DNA of 64,000 nucleotides from Candidatus Omnitrophota bacterium (GTDB taxonomy: Bacteria > Omnitrophota > Gorgyraeia > 1-14-0-20-64-10), in the NCBI GenBank assembly GCA_023248155.1, contig JAHFFE010000003.1:108-64107 (forward strand). The letters run 5' to 3'. Shown piece by piece: positions 46,297 through 57,278 of this stretch. Made by a program: the position numbers and the translations under genes. How positions within the stretch are numbered: the first letter of the stretch is position 1; each line of letters begins with the position of its first letter. The notes beneath the pieces are model-generated. The model saw nothing but the letters and a program-made list of their open reading frames with translations. It had not been told where the DNA came from and did not search any database.

Positions 46297-47765
46297 AACG
46301 ATTTATTCTCGCGATTGACCAGGGAACCACCGGCACTCGCGCGATCCTTTACGATAAATCCGGCCGCGTTGCCGCACAGGCCTATCGTGAACTAAAACAA
46401 TATTTCCCCAAGCCCGGCTGGGTCGAACATGATCCGGACGAAATATGGAACTCCACATTGTTCGTCATCGGTCAGGCATTGAAAATAGCGAAGACCTCGT
46501 CTGCTTCGATTGCCGCGATTGGCATCACCAACCAGCGTGAAACGACCATTCTCTGGGATCGTCAAACCGGCAAGCCGGTCCACCGCGCGATTGTCTGGCA
46601 GGACCGCCGCACTTCCGATCTCTGCAAGCGGCTGAAAAAGAAAGAACTGCTGGTTCGTAAAATCACGGGACTGGTTCTCGACCCTTATTTTTCCGGAACG
46701 AAAATCGCATGGCTGCTGAAGAATCCGGCGATCCGCCGGTTGGCGCAGCAAAAACGGCTGGCGTTCGGTACGCCCGATTCCTGGCTGCTCTGGAAACTGA
46801 CCGGCGGAAAAATCCATGCCACTGATGTAACGAACGCCTCGCGCACATTATTATGGGATCTTTCCAGAAAACAATGGTCCGCTCCGATGCTTCGGATGCT
46901 GGGAATTCCGGCTTCGATTTTGCCGCGCGTTCATCCGTCCGGTTTTGTTTTTGGAACGACGGTAAAGCAGGGGCCGTTGGCGGCAGGGATTCCGATCGCC
47001 GGAATTGCCGGTGATCAGCAGGCCGCGTTATTCGGTCAGGGCTGCGTGAAGCCGGGTCAGGCGAAAAACACGTACGGCACCGGCTGTTTTCTTTTGATGC
47101 AGACCGGAAAGAAGAAAATTATTTCGAAGAACGGTTTATTGACGACCGCTGTTTGCGACGAAAAGGGCCGGCCGGCTTACGGACTGGAAGGCGCTGTCTT
47201 TATTGCCGGCGCTGCCGTGCAGTGGCTGCGTGACGGGTTAAAGATTATTAAAAAAGCATCCGAGACGGAAAAGATGGCCCGCTCGGTTCCGGACAGCGGC
47301 GGTGTCTATATGGTTCCGGCATTTGTCGGACTGGGCGCGCCGTACTGGAATCCGGATGCGCGCGGGTTAATCTGCGGTCTAACGCGCGGCACCGGGCCGG
47401 CGCACTTGGTGCGTGCCACGCTCGAATCAATCGCGTATCAGTCGGAAGAACTGGTTGATGCGATGCAAAAAGACAGTGGAATCCGTCTTAAGCGATTGCA
47501 GGTCGACGGCGGCGCCGTTAAAAATAATTTCTTGTTGGAAATACAGGCGAACCTGCTCGGTGTTCCGGTCGCGCGTCCGCGCAATGTGGAGACAACGGCG
47601 ATGGGCGCCGCTCAACTGGCGGGGCTGACGATTCGGTTTTGGTCGACCGCTCAATTGCAGCGGATGCGGCAGGCCGATAAAACTTTTTTGCCGAAATGGT
47701 CTGCGGCGCGCCGGAAGCAGGCGGTGGCGGGTTGGAAGAAAGCGGTTTCACGCGCTTTATTATGA
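46293..47765 (+). CDS. glpK: glycerol kinase
   Basis: N-terminus KRFILAIDQGTTGTRAILYD ... FPKPGWVEHDPDEIW ... IGITNQRETTILWD and the rest match GlpK. No ATG/GTG/TTG exists in frame between the upstream stop (46209) and 46458, so a CTG at 46293 (overlapping the DJ-1 TGA) is the only plausible start. Confidence 0.8.
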   Translation: MKRFILAIDQGTTGTRAILYDKSGRVAAQAYRELKQYFPKPGWVEHDPDEIWNSTLFVIGQALKIAKTSSASIAAIGITNQRETTILWDRQTGKPVHRAIVWQDRRTSDLCKRLKKKELLVRKITGLVLDPYFSGTKIAWLLKNPAIRRLAQQKRLAFGTPDSWLLWKLTGGKIHATDVTNASRTLLWDLSRKQWSAPMLRMLGIPASILPRVHPSGFVFGTTVKQGPLAAGIPIAGIAGDQQAALFGQGCVKPGQAKNTYGTGCFLLMQTGKKKIISKNGLLTTAVCDEKGRPAYGLEGAVFIAGAAVQWLRDGLKIIKKASETEKMARSVPDSGGVYMVPAFVGLGAPYWNPDARGLICGLTRGTGPAHLVRATLESIAYQSEELVDAMQKDSGIRLKRLQVDGGAVKNNFLLEIQANLLGVPVARPRNVETTAMGAAQLAGLTIRFWSTAQLQRMRQADKTFLPKWSAARRKQAVAGWKKAVSRALL

Positions 47766-49309
47766 AGAGACGTGATTTAAGCCGGATTGACGGGCATTCA
47801 TTTGATCTGCTGGTCGTCGGCGGCGGTATTGTCGGGGCCGGTGTTGTTCGCGATGCCGCCGCGCGCGGGCTTTCCTGCGCGCTGGTCGATGCCGGTGATT
47901 TTGCTTCAGGCACATCCTCAAAAACAACCAAGCTGATTCATGGCGGCATCCGTTACCTGGAACAGTTTGATTTCGGACTGGTGCGCGAATCTCTGCGTGA
48001 ACGGGCGCTGCTGCTGAAGCTGGCGCCCCGCCTGGTCCAGCCGCTTCGCTTCCTGATTCCGGTTCGCGGCAATCGTCCCCGCCCATGGCCGTTAATCCGA
48101 GTCGGAATATGGTTGTATGACCGGCTGGCCGGAAAGTCAGTGCTGGAATCTTCCGCTGTTGTTGTTGGTAAAAAACTTTTCGAGATCGAACCAAAGCTGG
48201 CTTCCTCGGGAATTGAAAAAGCGGCGCTGTATTCGGATGCGCAGATGGATGATGTCCGCCTGGTGCTTGAAAATCTACGGCTGGCCGATGAAGCGGGTGC
48301 TGTGCTGGCGAACCATCTTCGTGTGCAGTCCTGGATCATTGAGCAGGGAAAAATTGCCGGCGCTGAATTAAAAGATGTTTTGACGGGCCGCATGCTTTCG
48401 GTCCGCGCGAAGGTAGTCGTGAATACGACGGGGCCGTGGGCTGACCGGTTGCGCCGGTTGGCTGAGCCTTCGTTGAAACCGCTGGTTCGTCCTTCGAAGG
48501 GAATTCATCTCGTTTATCCCGATCTCGGTTTCCGGCATGCGCTGCTGTTGTCGGCCCCGAAGGATGACCGCGTTTTCTTTTTGATCCCGTGGCGCGGCAT
48601 GTCACTGATTGGCACCACGGATACCGATTATGAAGGTGATCCTTCGGCTGTTTCTGCTGAAGCAGCGGATATCGATTATCTGATCCGTGAGACGAACGCT
48701 GTTTTGCCCGGTCTGGATCTTAGAAAAGAGCGGGTGATTGCGTCATTCGCCGGTGTTCGTCCGCTGGTGGCCGATGAAAAAAAAGATCCCTGGGCCGTCA
48801 GCCGTTCGCACAAGATCCATACCGATTCCAACGGGCTGATTACGATCGTTGGCGGGAAATTCACCACGTATCGCGCCATTGCGCAGGAAGCGGTCGATCA
48901 TCTGGATAGTTTGTTCAAGGAAAAACAGCTGGAGCTTTGCCATACGGCGATTTTTCCGCTCGGCTGTGCCGACGGCAACTGGCGCTCGCCGGAAATCCAA
49001 TCGTTGATGCAGGAATTATTAAAGAGCGGCGTTCTGCATCCGGCGCAGGGAAGCCGCCTCGTTCAGCGGTATGGCAAAGGGGCGCTTAAAATCTTTGAAT
49101 GGATAAAAGAAGATCCTTCGTCGGCTCAACTGCTTTGTCAGCACCACCCATTCATCCGCGCGGAGATCCGTTATGCCGCCGAGGAAGAGATGGCGATGAC
49201 GCGCGACGATATTTTGTCCCGTCGGCTGCAGGTAAGCCTGACTCCTTGCCGCGGCGACGATTTCCCTAGTTCTGTTATGGAAGGCCTTTTTTCGGGCAGA
49301 GCGTCCTGA
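47762..49309 (+). CDS. glpD: FAD-dependent glycerol-3-phosphate dehydrogenase
   Basis: DLLVVGGGIVGAGVVRDAAARGL ... TSSKTTKLIHGGIRYLEQ. ATG overlaps the glpK stop. Confidence 0.85.
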   Translation: MKRRDLSRIDGHSFDLLVVGGGIVGAGVVRDAAARGLSCALVDAGDFASGTSSKTTKLIHGGIRYLEQFDFGLVRESLRERALLLKLAPRLVQPLRFLIPVRGNRPRPWPLIRVGIWLYDRLAGKSVLESSAVVVGKKLFEIEPKLASSGIEKAALYSDAQMDDVRLVLENLRLADEAGAVLANHLRVQSWIIEQGKIAGAELKDVLTGRMLSVRAKVVVNTTGPWADRLRRLAEPSLKPLVRPSKGIHLVYPDLGFRHALLLSAPKDDRVFFLIPWRGMSLIGTTDTDYEGDPSAVSAEAADIDYLIRETNAVLPGLDLRKERVIASFAGVRPLVADEKKDPWAVSRSHKIHTDSNGLITIVGGKFTTYRAIAQEAVDHLDSLFKEKQLELCHTAIFPLGCADGNWRSPEIQSLMQELLKSGVLHPAQGSRLVQRYGKGALKIFEWIKEDPSSAQLLCQHHPFIRAEIRYAAEEEMAMTRDDILSRRLQVSLTPCRGDDFPSSVMEGLFSGRAS

Positions 49310-49907
49310 TCGGGCAGGCAAGACAGTCCGGTTTGGACGCTTTGCATATCCGGCGTCCGTGAAAAATCATCGTATGGGAAAAAGTGGTCCATTCTTTTTC
49401 GGGCAGCAGCTTCATCAGATCGGCTTCAATTTTGTCCGGATCATTCTCGCGCGATAAATCCATCCGGTTGCTTAACCGCCGCACATGCGTGTCGACGACG
49501 ATGCCCGGCACCCCGTACACATTCCCCAGGATCACGTTGGCCGTTTTTCTCCAGACACCCGGCAGCGTGATCAGATCTGCCATCTTCCGCGGCACTTTCC
49601 CTTTGAAGCGGGTTTCGATTTCGCGGCCGAGGTTCTGGATTGATTTGGCTTTTTGCTTGTAGAAACCGGTGGAATGTACCAGCGTTTCCAGTTCGGGCAG
49701 GGGGATCTTTCCGTAATCGGCGGCCGTTCTGCATTTTCTAAAAAGCGCCGGCGTTACTTTGTTAACCCGTTCATCGGTGCATTGCGCCGAAAGGACCGTG
49801 GCGACCAGCAGTTCCAGCGCGTTGGAATGGTTTAATGCGCAGTGCGCGTCGGGATGCGCTTTCTTCAGTCCAGCGGCAATGGCTTTTGCGCGGACGGGTG
49901 GGATCAT
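49275..49907 (-). CDS. nth: endonuclease III
   Basis: LVATVLSAQCTDERVNKVT ... LPGVWRKTANVIL ... C-terminal CLACPIRTLC Fe-S motif. The 3' end overlaps glpD by 35 nt. Confidence 0.85.
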   Translation of the reverse strand: MIPPVRAKAIAAGLKKAHPDAHCALNHSNALELLVATVLSAQCTDERVNKVTPALFRKCRTAADYGKIPLPELETLVHSTGFYKQKAKSIQNLGREIETRFKGKVPRKMADLITLPGVWRKTANVILGNVYGVPGIVVDTHVRRLSNRMDLSRENDPDKIEADLMKLLPEKEWTTFSHTMIFHGRRICKASKPDCLACPIRTLCPKKGLP

Positions 49908-50809
49908 TCTTCGGTCAGCGAATATTTTAACGCGGTTTCCAGCTCGGCATATTTGAACCGGTAACCGGTGTTCTTGAGCCGTTTCGGTTCGACACGCGTG
50001 GAAGCCAGCAGCAGATCATCGCCCATCTGTCCGAATAATAGCCGTACGCCGAACACCGGCATCGGAATAATCGCAGGCCGTTTCAGAACGCGGCCCAGTG
50101 TTTGTGTAAAGTCGGCATTGGTCACCGGATTTGGCGAAACAATATTCAGTGGCCCGCGAACCGATTCGTTGGAAATGGAATGCAGTATCGCGCCGGCCAC
50201 GTCGGCGATCGAAACCCAGCTCATCCACTGTTTTCCACTTCCCAAAATTCCGCCGGCGCCCATCTTGAACGGCGGCAGCATCTGCGGCAGTGCTCCGCCT
50301 TTTCCGCTGAGCACAACGCCAAACCGCAGGTTAACAACACGGATTCCTTTATCGGCGGCGGGCGAGCAGGCGCCCTCCCATTCAACGCCGGTCTCCGGTA
50401 GAAATCCTGTTCCGGGCGCGCTTTCTTCGGTCAGCGTTTCCTCGCCGCGTTCGCCATAAATGCCGATGGCCGACGCGCATAAAAAGGATTTGGGCGGGGA
50501 AGCCAGTTTCGCCAATGACTCGGCCAGGAAACGGGTTCCTTTCACGCGGCTGTCCCGAATCTGCGCTTTTTTTTCGGCTGTCCACCGGCCATGCGCGATC
50601 GGATCGCCGGCCAGATGAATCACGGCATCAAATCCTTCCAGCTGTTTCAAATCAATGACGCGCGCGACCGGGTTCCATAAAATTTGGGGATAAGAAACCG
50701 GATGTTTTGATCGGCCCAGTCCGGTGACCGAATGTTTTTGCGCCAGCAGCGCCTGCGTGAGCGCGGTTCCAATTAATCCTGTCGATCCTGAAATCAGTAT
50801 TTTAGCCAT
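49904..50809 (-). CDS. TIGR01777/YfcH-family NAD-dependent epimerase/dehydratase-like protein
   Basis: MAKILISGSTGLIGTALTQAL ... HLAGDPIAHGRWTAEKK. Confidence 0.75.
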   Translation of the reverse strand: MAKILISGSTGLIGTALTQALLAQKHSVTGLGRSKHPVSYPQILWNPVARVIDLKQLEGFDAVIHLAGDPIAHGRWTAEKKAQIRDSRVKGTRFLAESLAKLASPPKSFLCASAIGIYGERGEETLTEESAPGTGFLPETGVEWEGACSPAADKGIRVVNLRFGVVLSGKGGALPQMLPPFKMGAGGILGSGKQWMSWVSIADVAGAILHSISNESVRGPLNIVSPNPVTNADFTQTLGRVLKRPAIIPMPVFGVRLLFGQMGDDLLLASTRVEPKRLKNTGYRFKYAELETALKYSLTEE

Positions 50810-50852
50810 GCGGCTATTTTAGCAAGTTTCTCTGGTAAAATATCTTTCTCCG

Positions 50853-51878
50853 ATGAAAGCAGTCTATTTCGAAAAAACAGGCGGTTCCGATGTTCTCCGG
50901 CATGGAGAACTGCCGACGCCGAATTTTGGAACCCAGGAAGCGCTGATCCGCGTTGAGGCCTGCGGCGTCAATCATCTCGATTTGTGGGTGCGCGGCGGTC
51001 TGCCGGCGCCGATCCCATATCCGCATATCGGCGGATGCGAAATCGTCGGCCGCGTGGCGGCGAAAGGGCCGGGTGCGCGCGGCATCAAGATCGGCCAGCG
51101 GGTTCTGGTCGCTCCCGGCATTTCCTGCGGAAAATGTTCAGCCTGCAAATCAAACCGCGACAGTCAGTGCCCCCAATTTAAAATCGTCGGTTTCCAGATC
51201 AACGGCGGGTTTGCCGAATACGCGGCGGTGCCCGCGAAAAATCTGATTCCGGTTTCCGGCCGCTGGACGCCCGAGCAATGGGCCGCGACGCCTCTGGTTT
51301 TTCTGACGGCCTGGCATATGCTGGTGACGCGGGCTGGTCTAAAGAAAAAAGAAACTGTTCTGGTGCAGGGCGCCGGATCGGGCATCGGCACCGCCGCGAT
51401 TCAGGTGGCGAAATATCTGGGCGCGCGCGTGATCGCCGTGGCCGGGTCCGATGAGAAACTCAAGAAGGCTCGCGCGCTGGGCGCCGATTTTACCGTTAAC
51501 TACGCAAAATCTGATTTCGCGAAAGAAGTTCTGAAAACAACCAAAGATCGCGGCGTCGATGTGGTGTTCGAGCATGTCGGGCCGGCCACTTGGGCCGGTT
51601 CAATACGCTGTCTTGGTCGCGGCGGCCGCCTGGTCACCTGCGGCGCGACGACCGGTCCAAAAGTGGAGCTCGATCTGCGCTTTTTCTATACGAAAGAAAT
51701 AAGCGTTACCGGCTGCTACATGGGATCGCGCAAAGAACTCAATGCAGTATTGGCGCTGCTCGCCAAAGGAAAATTAAAACCGGTGGTGGGCCAGGTTTTT
51801 CCGCTCGCGGAAACGGCCAAGGCCCAAACCACGATGGAAAACCGAAACTTTTTCGGCAAACTGGTAATTAAGGTTTAA
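50853..51878 (+). CDS. zinc-binding MDR-family alcohol dehydrogenase / quinone oxidoreductase
   Basis: GVNHLDLW ... structural-zinc CGKCSACKSNRDSQC ... GAGSGIGTAAIQVAK. Confidence 0.75.
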   Translation: MKAVYFEKTGGSDVLRHGELPTPNFGTQEALIRVEACGVNHLDLWVRGGLPAPIPYPHIGGCEIVGRVAAKGPGARGIKIGQRVLVAPGISCGKCSACKSNRDSQCPQFKIVGFQINGGFAEYAAVPAKNLIPVSGRWTPEQWAATPLVFLTAWHMLVTRAGLKKKETVLVQGAGSGIGTAAIQVAKYLGARVIAVAGSDEKLKKARALGADFTVNYAKSDFAKEVLKTTKDRGVDVVFEHVGPATWAGSIRCLGRGGRLVTCGATTGPKVELDLRFFYTKEISVTGCYMGSRKELNAVLALLAKGKLKPVVGQVFPLAETAKAQTTMENRNFFGKLVIKV

Positions 51879-51890
51879 GGAAGGAATAGA

Positions 51891-52964
51891 ATGGCTGTTA
51901 CTGAAAAGCAGATTATGGATGCGCTCCGGCAGGTGAAAGATCCTGAGTTGGGCCGCGATGTGATTACGCTGGGCATGATCAAAGATTTAACCGTTTCCGG
52001 CGGCAAAGTATCGCTGACGCTTGAATTGACCACGCCGGCTTGTCCGGTGCGCGAAACATTCGAGCAGGATCTGAAAACCGCGCTGGCCGCGGTACCGGGT
52101 GTTACCGAGATCGAACTAAAAACGACGGCGCAGGTTCGCTCGGTCGCCGCGTTTGGTTCGCAATCGATCGCGGGCGTCAGTAATGTGATCGCGATTGCCA
52201 GCGGCAAGGGCGGCGTCGGAAAATCGACGGTCAGTGTGAATCTGGCGGTGGCGTTGGCGCGCGACGGCGCGCGCGTCGGGTTGATGGATGCCGACATCTA
52301 CGGGCCGAACATTCCGTTGATGATGGGACTGACCCAGCTTCCTGCGTTGAGCGGCGACAAAATTGTTCCGGCGGAGAACTTCGGTGTGAAAGTAATGTCG
52401 ATGGGATTTCTGGTAAAGCCGGATGAGGCGATTATCTGGCGCGGGCCGATGCTGCACGGCGCGATCAGTAAATTTTTAAAAGAGGTAGTCTGGGGCGAAC
52501 TCGATTATCTTTTGGTGGATCTTCCTCCGGGAACCGGAGATGTGCAGTTGTCACTGTCCCAGGTGATCGCGATGAGCGGCGCGCTGATTGTGACCACGCC
52601 TCAGGATGTGGCGCTGATGGATGTGCGCAAATCGATCACGATGTTTGAAAAGGTGAAGGTTCCTTTGCTGGGCGTCGTCGAGAATATGTCGTCGTTCATC
52701 TGCCCGCACTGCAACAAAGCTACCGATATTTTTGATAAGGGCGGCGGCGTGCGCGCAGCCGAACAGATGAAAATTCCGTTTCTGGGTGAAATTCCGCTGC
52801 TGCTGCAGGTAAGGGAAGGTTCCGACTCGGGGCATCCGGTGGTTTTGACCCATCCCGATTCGCCGGCCTCGCAGGCGTTCGTGCAAATTGCCCGCCGTCT
52901 GGCTGCCCGCGTCAGCGTATTGGCTGCTGCCGCGCCCGCTGCCGATCCCGTCTGGAAAACATAA
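51891..52964 (+). CDS. apbC: Fe-S cluster carrier ATPase Mrp/ApbC (with N-terminal DUF59 domain)
   Basis: IAIASGKGGVGKSTVSVNLAVALA ... CPHC. Confidence 0.85.
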   Translation: MAVTEKQIMDALRQVKDPELGRDVITLGMIKDLTVSGGKVSLTLELTTPACPVRETFEQDLKTALAAVPGVTEIELKTTAQVRSVAAFGSQSIAGVSNVIAIASGKGGVGKSTVSVNLAVALARDGARVGLMDADIYGPNIPLMMGLTQLPALSGDKIVPAENFGVKVMSMGFLVKPDEAIIWRGPMLHGAISKFLKEVVWGELDYLLVDLPPGTGDVQLSLSQVIAMSGALIVTTPQDVALMDVRKSITMFEKVKVPLLGVVENMSSFICPHCNKATDIFDKGGGVRAAEQMKIPFLGEIPLLLQVREGSDSGHPVVLTHPDSPASQAFVQIARRLAARVSVLAAAAPAADPVWKT

Positions 52965-52991
52965 ACCGACGGCGCATGTTATAATAAAAAA

Positions 52992-53363
52992 ATGGATTCC
53001 GAGGAGTCAGTAAGGCAGGACGGCACCCGGCCCGTACTTCAGCCGGGACATATGATTGTGTATGTCGATACCGGCGGCACGGTTTGTCCGAAGAAAAGTT
53101 CTAAAATAATCTTTGAACGGTTTACGGCGCTGATTCGCGAACGGCATTTGTCCGACCGCATTCGTGTGATTGAGCGGGGTTGTTTCGGCCTCTGCAAGAT
53201 TGCCCCAAACGCCTATATTGAGCCGGACGAAATCTGGTATTCTCAGTTTCACCTGGAAGATGTTGATGAGATTGTCGAGAAGCATTTGATTGGGGGCGAG
53301 CCGGTTCTGCATTTGATAGAATATCCTAAACGGCGGGTTCCCCGCAAAAAACGAGGAGCGTAA
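52992..53363 (+). CDS. thioredoxin-like ferredoxin-fold protein, paralogous to the N-domain of the 38931 fusion but with only three Cys
   Basis: IVYVDTGGTVCPKK ... RGCFGLCKIAPNAYIEPDEIWYSQFHLEDVDEIVEKHL aligns with GSGCVDFCEQGANIMVYPDYKWYSHVTPADLDKIIETEL. Confidence 0.45.
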   Translation: MDSEESVRQDGTRPVLQPGHMIVYVDTGGTVCPKKSSKIIFERFTALIRERHLSDRIRVIERGCFGLCKIAPNAYIEPDEIWYSQFHLEDVDEIVEKHLIGGEPVLHLIEYPKRRVPRKKRGA

Positions 53364-53365
53364 AA

Positions 53366-53839
53366 GTGTCTGAATCATGCTGCGGTTCTGCTCATGGAGT
53401 TGAAGTAGGAAGTGTCGCCCCAGATTTTACCGTTAAGGATCAGGACGGAAATCCGGTCACGCTCTCAAGTTTCGCCGGCAAGAAAACCGTCGTATTGGCT
53501 TTCTATCCGTTTGACTGGAGCCCGGTCTGCACGGGTGAGAATTGCGCGATCAGCGAAGATCTGCCCAAGTTCGACGACAAGGACACGGTTGTGTTCGGCA
53601 TCAGCTGCGACTCGCATTTTTCGCACAAGGCCTGGAAAGAAAAGCTGGGATTGAAGCAGTCTCTGCTGAGCGACCAGAAGCGCGAAGTGGCCAAGAAGTA
53701 CGGCCTTTTTCTGGAAGATTTCAACTGCAGCAAGCGCGCGACGATTATCGTCGGCAAAGACGGGAAAGTGATCTTCAAGAAAGTCCAGGAGATCAAGGTA
53801 CCCCGGAGCAATCAGGAAATTCTCTCCGCGATCAAGTAA
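53366..53839 (+). CDS. peroxiredoxin (AhpC/TSA family, Bcp-like)
   Basis: VAPDFTVKDQDGNPVTLSSFAGKKTVVLAFYPFDWSPVCTGE. Confidence 0.8.
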   Translation: MSESCCGSAHGVEVGSVAPDFTVKDQDGNPVTLSSFAGKKTVVLAFYPFDWSPVCTGENCAISEDLPKFDDKDTVVFGISCDSHFSHKAWKEKLGLKQSLLSDQKREVAKKYGLFLEDFNCSKRATIIVGKDGKVIFKKVQEIKVPRSNQEILSAIK

Positions 53840-53842
53840 ACA

Positions 53843-56272
53843 ATGTCCGAGATTTTGTTCCGTCCAACGGAAGATCAGATTCTCGAGCAGGAGGTTCGCC
53901 GGCACGTCGCGGTAACCACCTGGGATAAGCTGATTTCCATGCTCGACCCGGTTTATAACTGGGGCCGCAGCAACTCCGTCTGGCCGCTGCAATTCGGTCT
54001 GGCCTGCTGTGCGATCGAAATGATCTGCACGGCGGCCAGCCGGTTTGACATCGCACGGTTCGGCGCGGAACTGTTTCGCGCCTCTCCGCGTCAGGCCGAT
54101 CTGATGATCGTCTCAGGGACCGTCACCAAGAAAATGGTCCCGATGATCGTCCGCCTCTACAATCAGATGCCGGAACCGAAGTATCTGATTTCGATGGGCG
54201 CCTGCGCCAGTGCCGGAGGTCCTTTCAAGGAAGGGTACAATGTCGTTTCCGGCATCGACAAGTTTTTGCCCGTCGATGTCTATATCCCGGGCTGCCCTCC
54301 GACGCCGCAGGCGTTGCTGAACGGTTTGATCACGCTGCAGGAAAAAATCCACGGACAAAAAATCTCGACGGCGCGCTGGTATTCGGAAGGCCCGGGGCAG
54401 GAAGTTCCGGTTCCTTTGCTGGGTCCCGATTTAATTGATACGCGCCGCAATCAGGAAATCAAAGAAATCTGCGCGCTTCCCGAACCGGCCAAGCCGGCCG
54501 TTCTTCCTTCCTATATAACGGCTCCCAAACTGACACCGACTGAGGCCGAGGGTGCATCTGCTGCGGCGGTCGCTTTGGCGGCGCGATTAAACAAGGCCGT
54601 GGGGGATGGCTCGGTAACGCTATCCGGCAGCGCTCTGCTGGTAACGCCCGCTTCATTGCAGGCTGTGGCCTCTTACTTGAAACTGCAGCCGGATCTGAAA
54701 TTAAATTATCTGACCAATCTGACCTGTGTCGATTATCAGGACTGTTTCGAGGTGGTTTATCATCTGCAGTCGTTGCCAGGCACCGGCGCTCCGTTGGCAT
54801 TGAAAGTACGCGCCGACAAAACCGACCCGCGTGTTCCGACGGTCATGGGCATATGGCCCGGCGCCGATTTTCAGGAGCGGGAAGTCTTCGATATGTTCGG
54901 CGTCCGTTTTGAAGGTCATCCGAATCTGAAACGAATCCTGATGTGGGATGGCTTTCATGGGTACCCTCTGCGCAAAGATTATCTTGAGGCTTACTATGAA
55001 GCCCCCGGCAAAATCTTCCCGAGCCGCTGGAAAGAAGGGCACCATCAGCGCGCCGAGGAAAAAGCCCGGTTCGGCGATAACTTAAAATATCCGAATGGTT
55101 TTGATCCGGCATTGTTCCAGCCGGCCAAGGAATCGTTCGCGGCGGGGACGCCGGCGGTTGCCGACGGCATCCGGACCGATGATCTGGTGATCAACCTGGG
55201 ACCGCAGCACCCGTCGACGCACGGCGTTTTCCGCATGAAGATCCGCGTGGACGGCGAACGAATCCTGGCGCTCGAGCCGGTCATGGGCTACATGCACCGC
55301 AACCATGAGAAGATCGGCGAGCGCAACAACTACCTGATGATTTTCCCGTATACCGACCGCCTCGACTACATTTGCTCAATGGGCAATAACTTCGGTTACG
55401 CGCTGGCCGTCGAGAAACTGTTGAATGTCAAGCCGACCGAGCGCGCCGAATATATCCGCGTGATCATGGCCGAGCTGACCCGCATCGTCAGTCATTTCTG
55501 GGCCGTTGGATTTTTATTGAACGACCTGGGTGCTTTTTTTACGCCGGCGCTGTACGCGATTGAAGAACGGGAATTGATACTCGATCTGTTTGAGATGGCC
55601 TCGGGTTCGCGCATGATGTGCAATTATTTCCGGTTTGGAGGCGTTGCGGCCGATCTGCCCGCGGAATTTTTGCCGATGGCCAAAGCACTGGTCAATGACC
55701 GCATCCCGAAGGCGATCGAGCTGATGGACAACTATCTCGCCAAAAATGAAATCTTACTGAATCGATGCCGCGGCGTCGGCGTTCTGCCGAAAGACGCGGC
55801 GATCGCTTATTCGGCCGCCGGTCCGGTACTGCGCGCTTCCGGTGTGTCGTATGATTTGCGCAAGGCCGATCCGTACTCGATCTATGACCGGTTTGATTTC
55901 GATGTTCCGACGGCGCAGGAGGGCGATGTTTACGCGCGCTACCGCGTCCGGATCGCCGAGATGTGGGAATCGCTCAAGATTTTACGCAAAGCGCTGGCCG
56001 AAATTCCGGCCGGTGAGATTCAGGCCGGAAAGAAATTGTGGAACATCCGAGTTCCGGCCGGCGAATCGTACGGCCGCGTCGAGAATCCAAAAGGCGAGCT
56101 GGGCTACTATATTGTTTCCGACGGCACCGATCATCCGTACCGTTACCATGTGCGCGCGCCGTCGTTCATCAACCTGACGGCACTCGAAAAAATGTGCAAG
56201 GGGCACCTGGTCGCTGATGTGGTGGCGATCCTCGGTTCCATCGACATTGTGCTCGGGGAGACCGACCGGTGA
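53843..56272 (+). CDS. nuoBCD: triple-fused NADH-quinone oxidoreductase subunits B, C and D
   Basis: 809-aa single ORF. NuoB segment: GLACCAIEM ... [11 protein letters not shown] ... PGCPPTPQ. NuoC segment: [16 protein letters not shown] ... [25 protein letters not shown]. NuoD segment: [15 protein letters not shown] ... ends [14 protein letters not shown], with no NiFe-hydrogenase Cys motifs. Confidence 0.85.
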   Translation: MSEILFRPTEDQILEQEVRRHVAVTTWDKLISMLDPVYNWGRSNSVWPLQFGLACCAIEMICTAASRFDIARFGAELFRASPRQADLMIVSGTVTKKMVPMIVRLYNQMPEPKYLISMGACASAGGPFKEGYNVVSGIDKFLPVDVYIPGCPPTPQALLNGLITLQEKIHGQKISTARWYSEGPGQEVPVPLLGPDLIDTRRNQEIKEICALPEPAKPAVLPSYITAPKLTPTEAEGASAAAVALAARLNKAVGDGSVTLSGSALLVTPASLQAVASYLKLQPDLKLNYLTNLTCVDYQDCFEVVYHLQSLPGTGAPLALKVRADKTDPRVPTVMGIWPGADFQEREVFDMFGVRFEGHPNLKRILMWDGFHGYPLRKDYLEAYYEAPGKIFPSRWKEGHHQRAEEKARFGDNLKYPNGFDPALFQPAKESFAAGTPAVADGIRTDDLVINLGPQHPSTHGVFRMKIRVDGERILALEPVMGYMHRNHEKIGERNNYLMIFPYTDRLDYICSMGNNFGYALAVEKLLNVKPTERAEYIRVIMAELTRIVSHFWAVGFLLNDLGAFFTPALYAIEERELILDLFEMASGSRMMCNYFRFGGVAADLPAEFLPMAKALVNDRIPKAIELMDNYLAKNEILLNRCRGVGVLPKDAAIAYSAAGPVLRASGVSYDLRKADPYSIYDRFDFDVPTAQEGDVYARYRVRIAEMWESLKILRKALAEIPAGEIQAGKKLWNIRVPAGESYGRVENPKGELGYYIVSDGTDHPYRYHVRAPSFINLTALEKMCKGHLVADVVAILGSIDIVLGETDR

Positions 56273-56919
56273 AAATCTACGGCCTTGAGCTTTTGCGCGG
56301 CCTCGGCATCACGATGGGCCGGTTTATCGCCACCTATACGGTTGGGTTCAAGCGCACTTTTGTAAACCGCAACCGCGGTTCATTCCGCCAGAGCGCCTCG
56401 GAAAAAGGCGTTTTCACGGTTCAGTATCCCGAAGAACGGCTCAAGCCGCCCGAGCGGTTCCGCGTTCTTCCGGTTCTGATTTACGACGGGAAAAAGGGGG
56501 ATACGCGAACGCAGCAGGCCGAACGCTGCACCTCGTGCGGCATCTGCGCGAAAGTTTGTCCTCCGCAGTGCATCTGGATCGTGCAGGCCAAAGATGCCGC
56601 CGGTAAGGCAATTCCGAAAGCGGCTGAATTCTCAATCGATACCGATGTCTGCATGAACTGTGGTTTCTGCGCAGAGTTCTGTCCGTTCGACGCGATCAAG
56701 ATGGACCATGATTTTGAATTAAGCAACGGCGAGCGCCATCAATCCCACATCTTTGACATCAACAAACTGCATGTTTCCACCGAATATTATGCCGAGACAC
56801 ATCCGATCGCCTGGGCCGAAGAGCAGGCGCGCAAGAAAGCCGATGCCGAGAGAAAAGCCGCCGCTGCAGCAGCCGCTGCGGCCGCGGCCAAGAAAGCCGC
56901 CGAGACACCGCCGCAATGA
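56269..56919 (+). CDS. nuoI: NADH-quinone oxidoreductase subunit I (second copy, Ala/Lys-rich C-terminal tail)
   Basis: [15 protein letters not shown] ... [13 protein letters not shown]. The tail is [21 protein letters not shown]. Confidence 0.85.
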   Translation: MKIYGLELLRGLGITMGRFIATYTVGFKRTFVNRNRGSFRQSASEKGVFTVQYPEERLKPPERFRVLPVLIYDGKKGDTRTQQAERCTSCGICAKVCPPQCIWIVQAKDAAGKAIPKAAEFSIDTDVCMNCGFCAEFCPFDAIKMDHDFELSNGERHQSHIFDINKLHVSTEYYAETHPIAWAEEQARKKADAERKAAAAAAAAAAAKKAAETPPQ

Positions 56920-57278
56920 CAAATCAGCTGACCTACTGTTTTCTAGGAATTTTTCTGCTGGCCGCGCTGGTAGTTCCGCTGCTGCCGATTGTATTGGCGC
57001 GGTTTGTCGCGCCCAAGAAGCCGGGACTGACCAAGAACCAGGTTTACGAATGCGGCATGGAAACCGAAGGGGATACCTGGGTCCAGTTCCGCATGCATTA
57101 CTATCTGTTCGCAATTTTATTTGTCGTCTTTGATGTCGAGGCGCTCTTTCTGTTTCCGTGGGCGTTGGTTTTTCGCTGGGGCGGATGGACAGGTCTTGCG
57201 GCGATTACTGTGTTTGTCGGAATTTTGCTGGCCGGCCTGGTCTATGCCTGGCAGGAAAATGTTCTGGAGTGGGAATGA
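56916..57278 (+). CDS. nuoA: NADH-quinone oxidoreductase subunit A (second copy)
   Basis: 120 aa (YECGMETEGDTWVQFRMHYYLFAILFVVFDVEALFLFPW). Confidence 0.85.
   Translation: MTNQLTYCFLGIFLLAALVVPLLPIVLARFVAPKKPGLTKNQVYECGMETEGDTWVQFRMHYYLFAILFVVFDVEALFLFPWALVFRWGGWTGLAAITVFVGILLAGLVYAWQENVLEWE

Noticed and set aside
56850-56900. GCN-codon repeat (poly-Ala tail) at the end of the second nuoI
   Set aside because: It is a low-complexity coding sequence within an intact ORF, not a tandem-repeat locus or a mobile feature.
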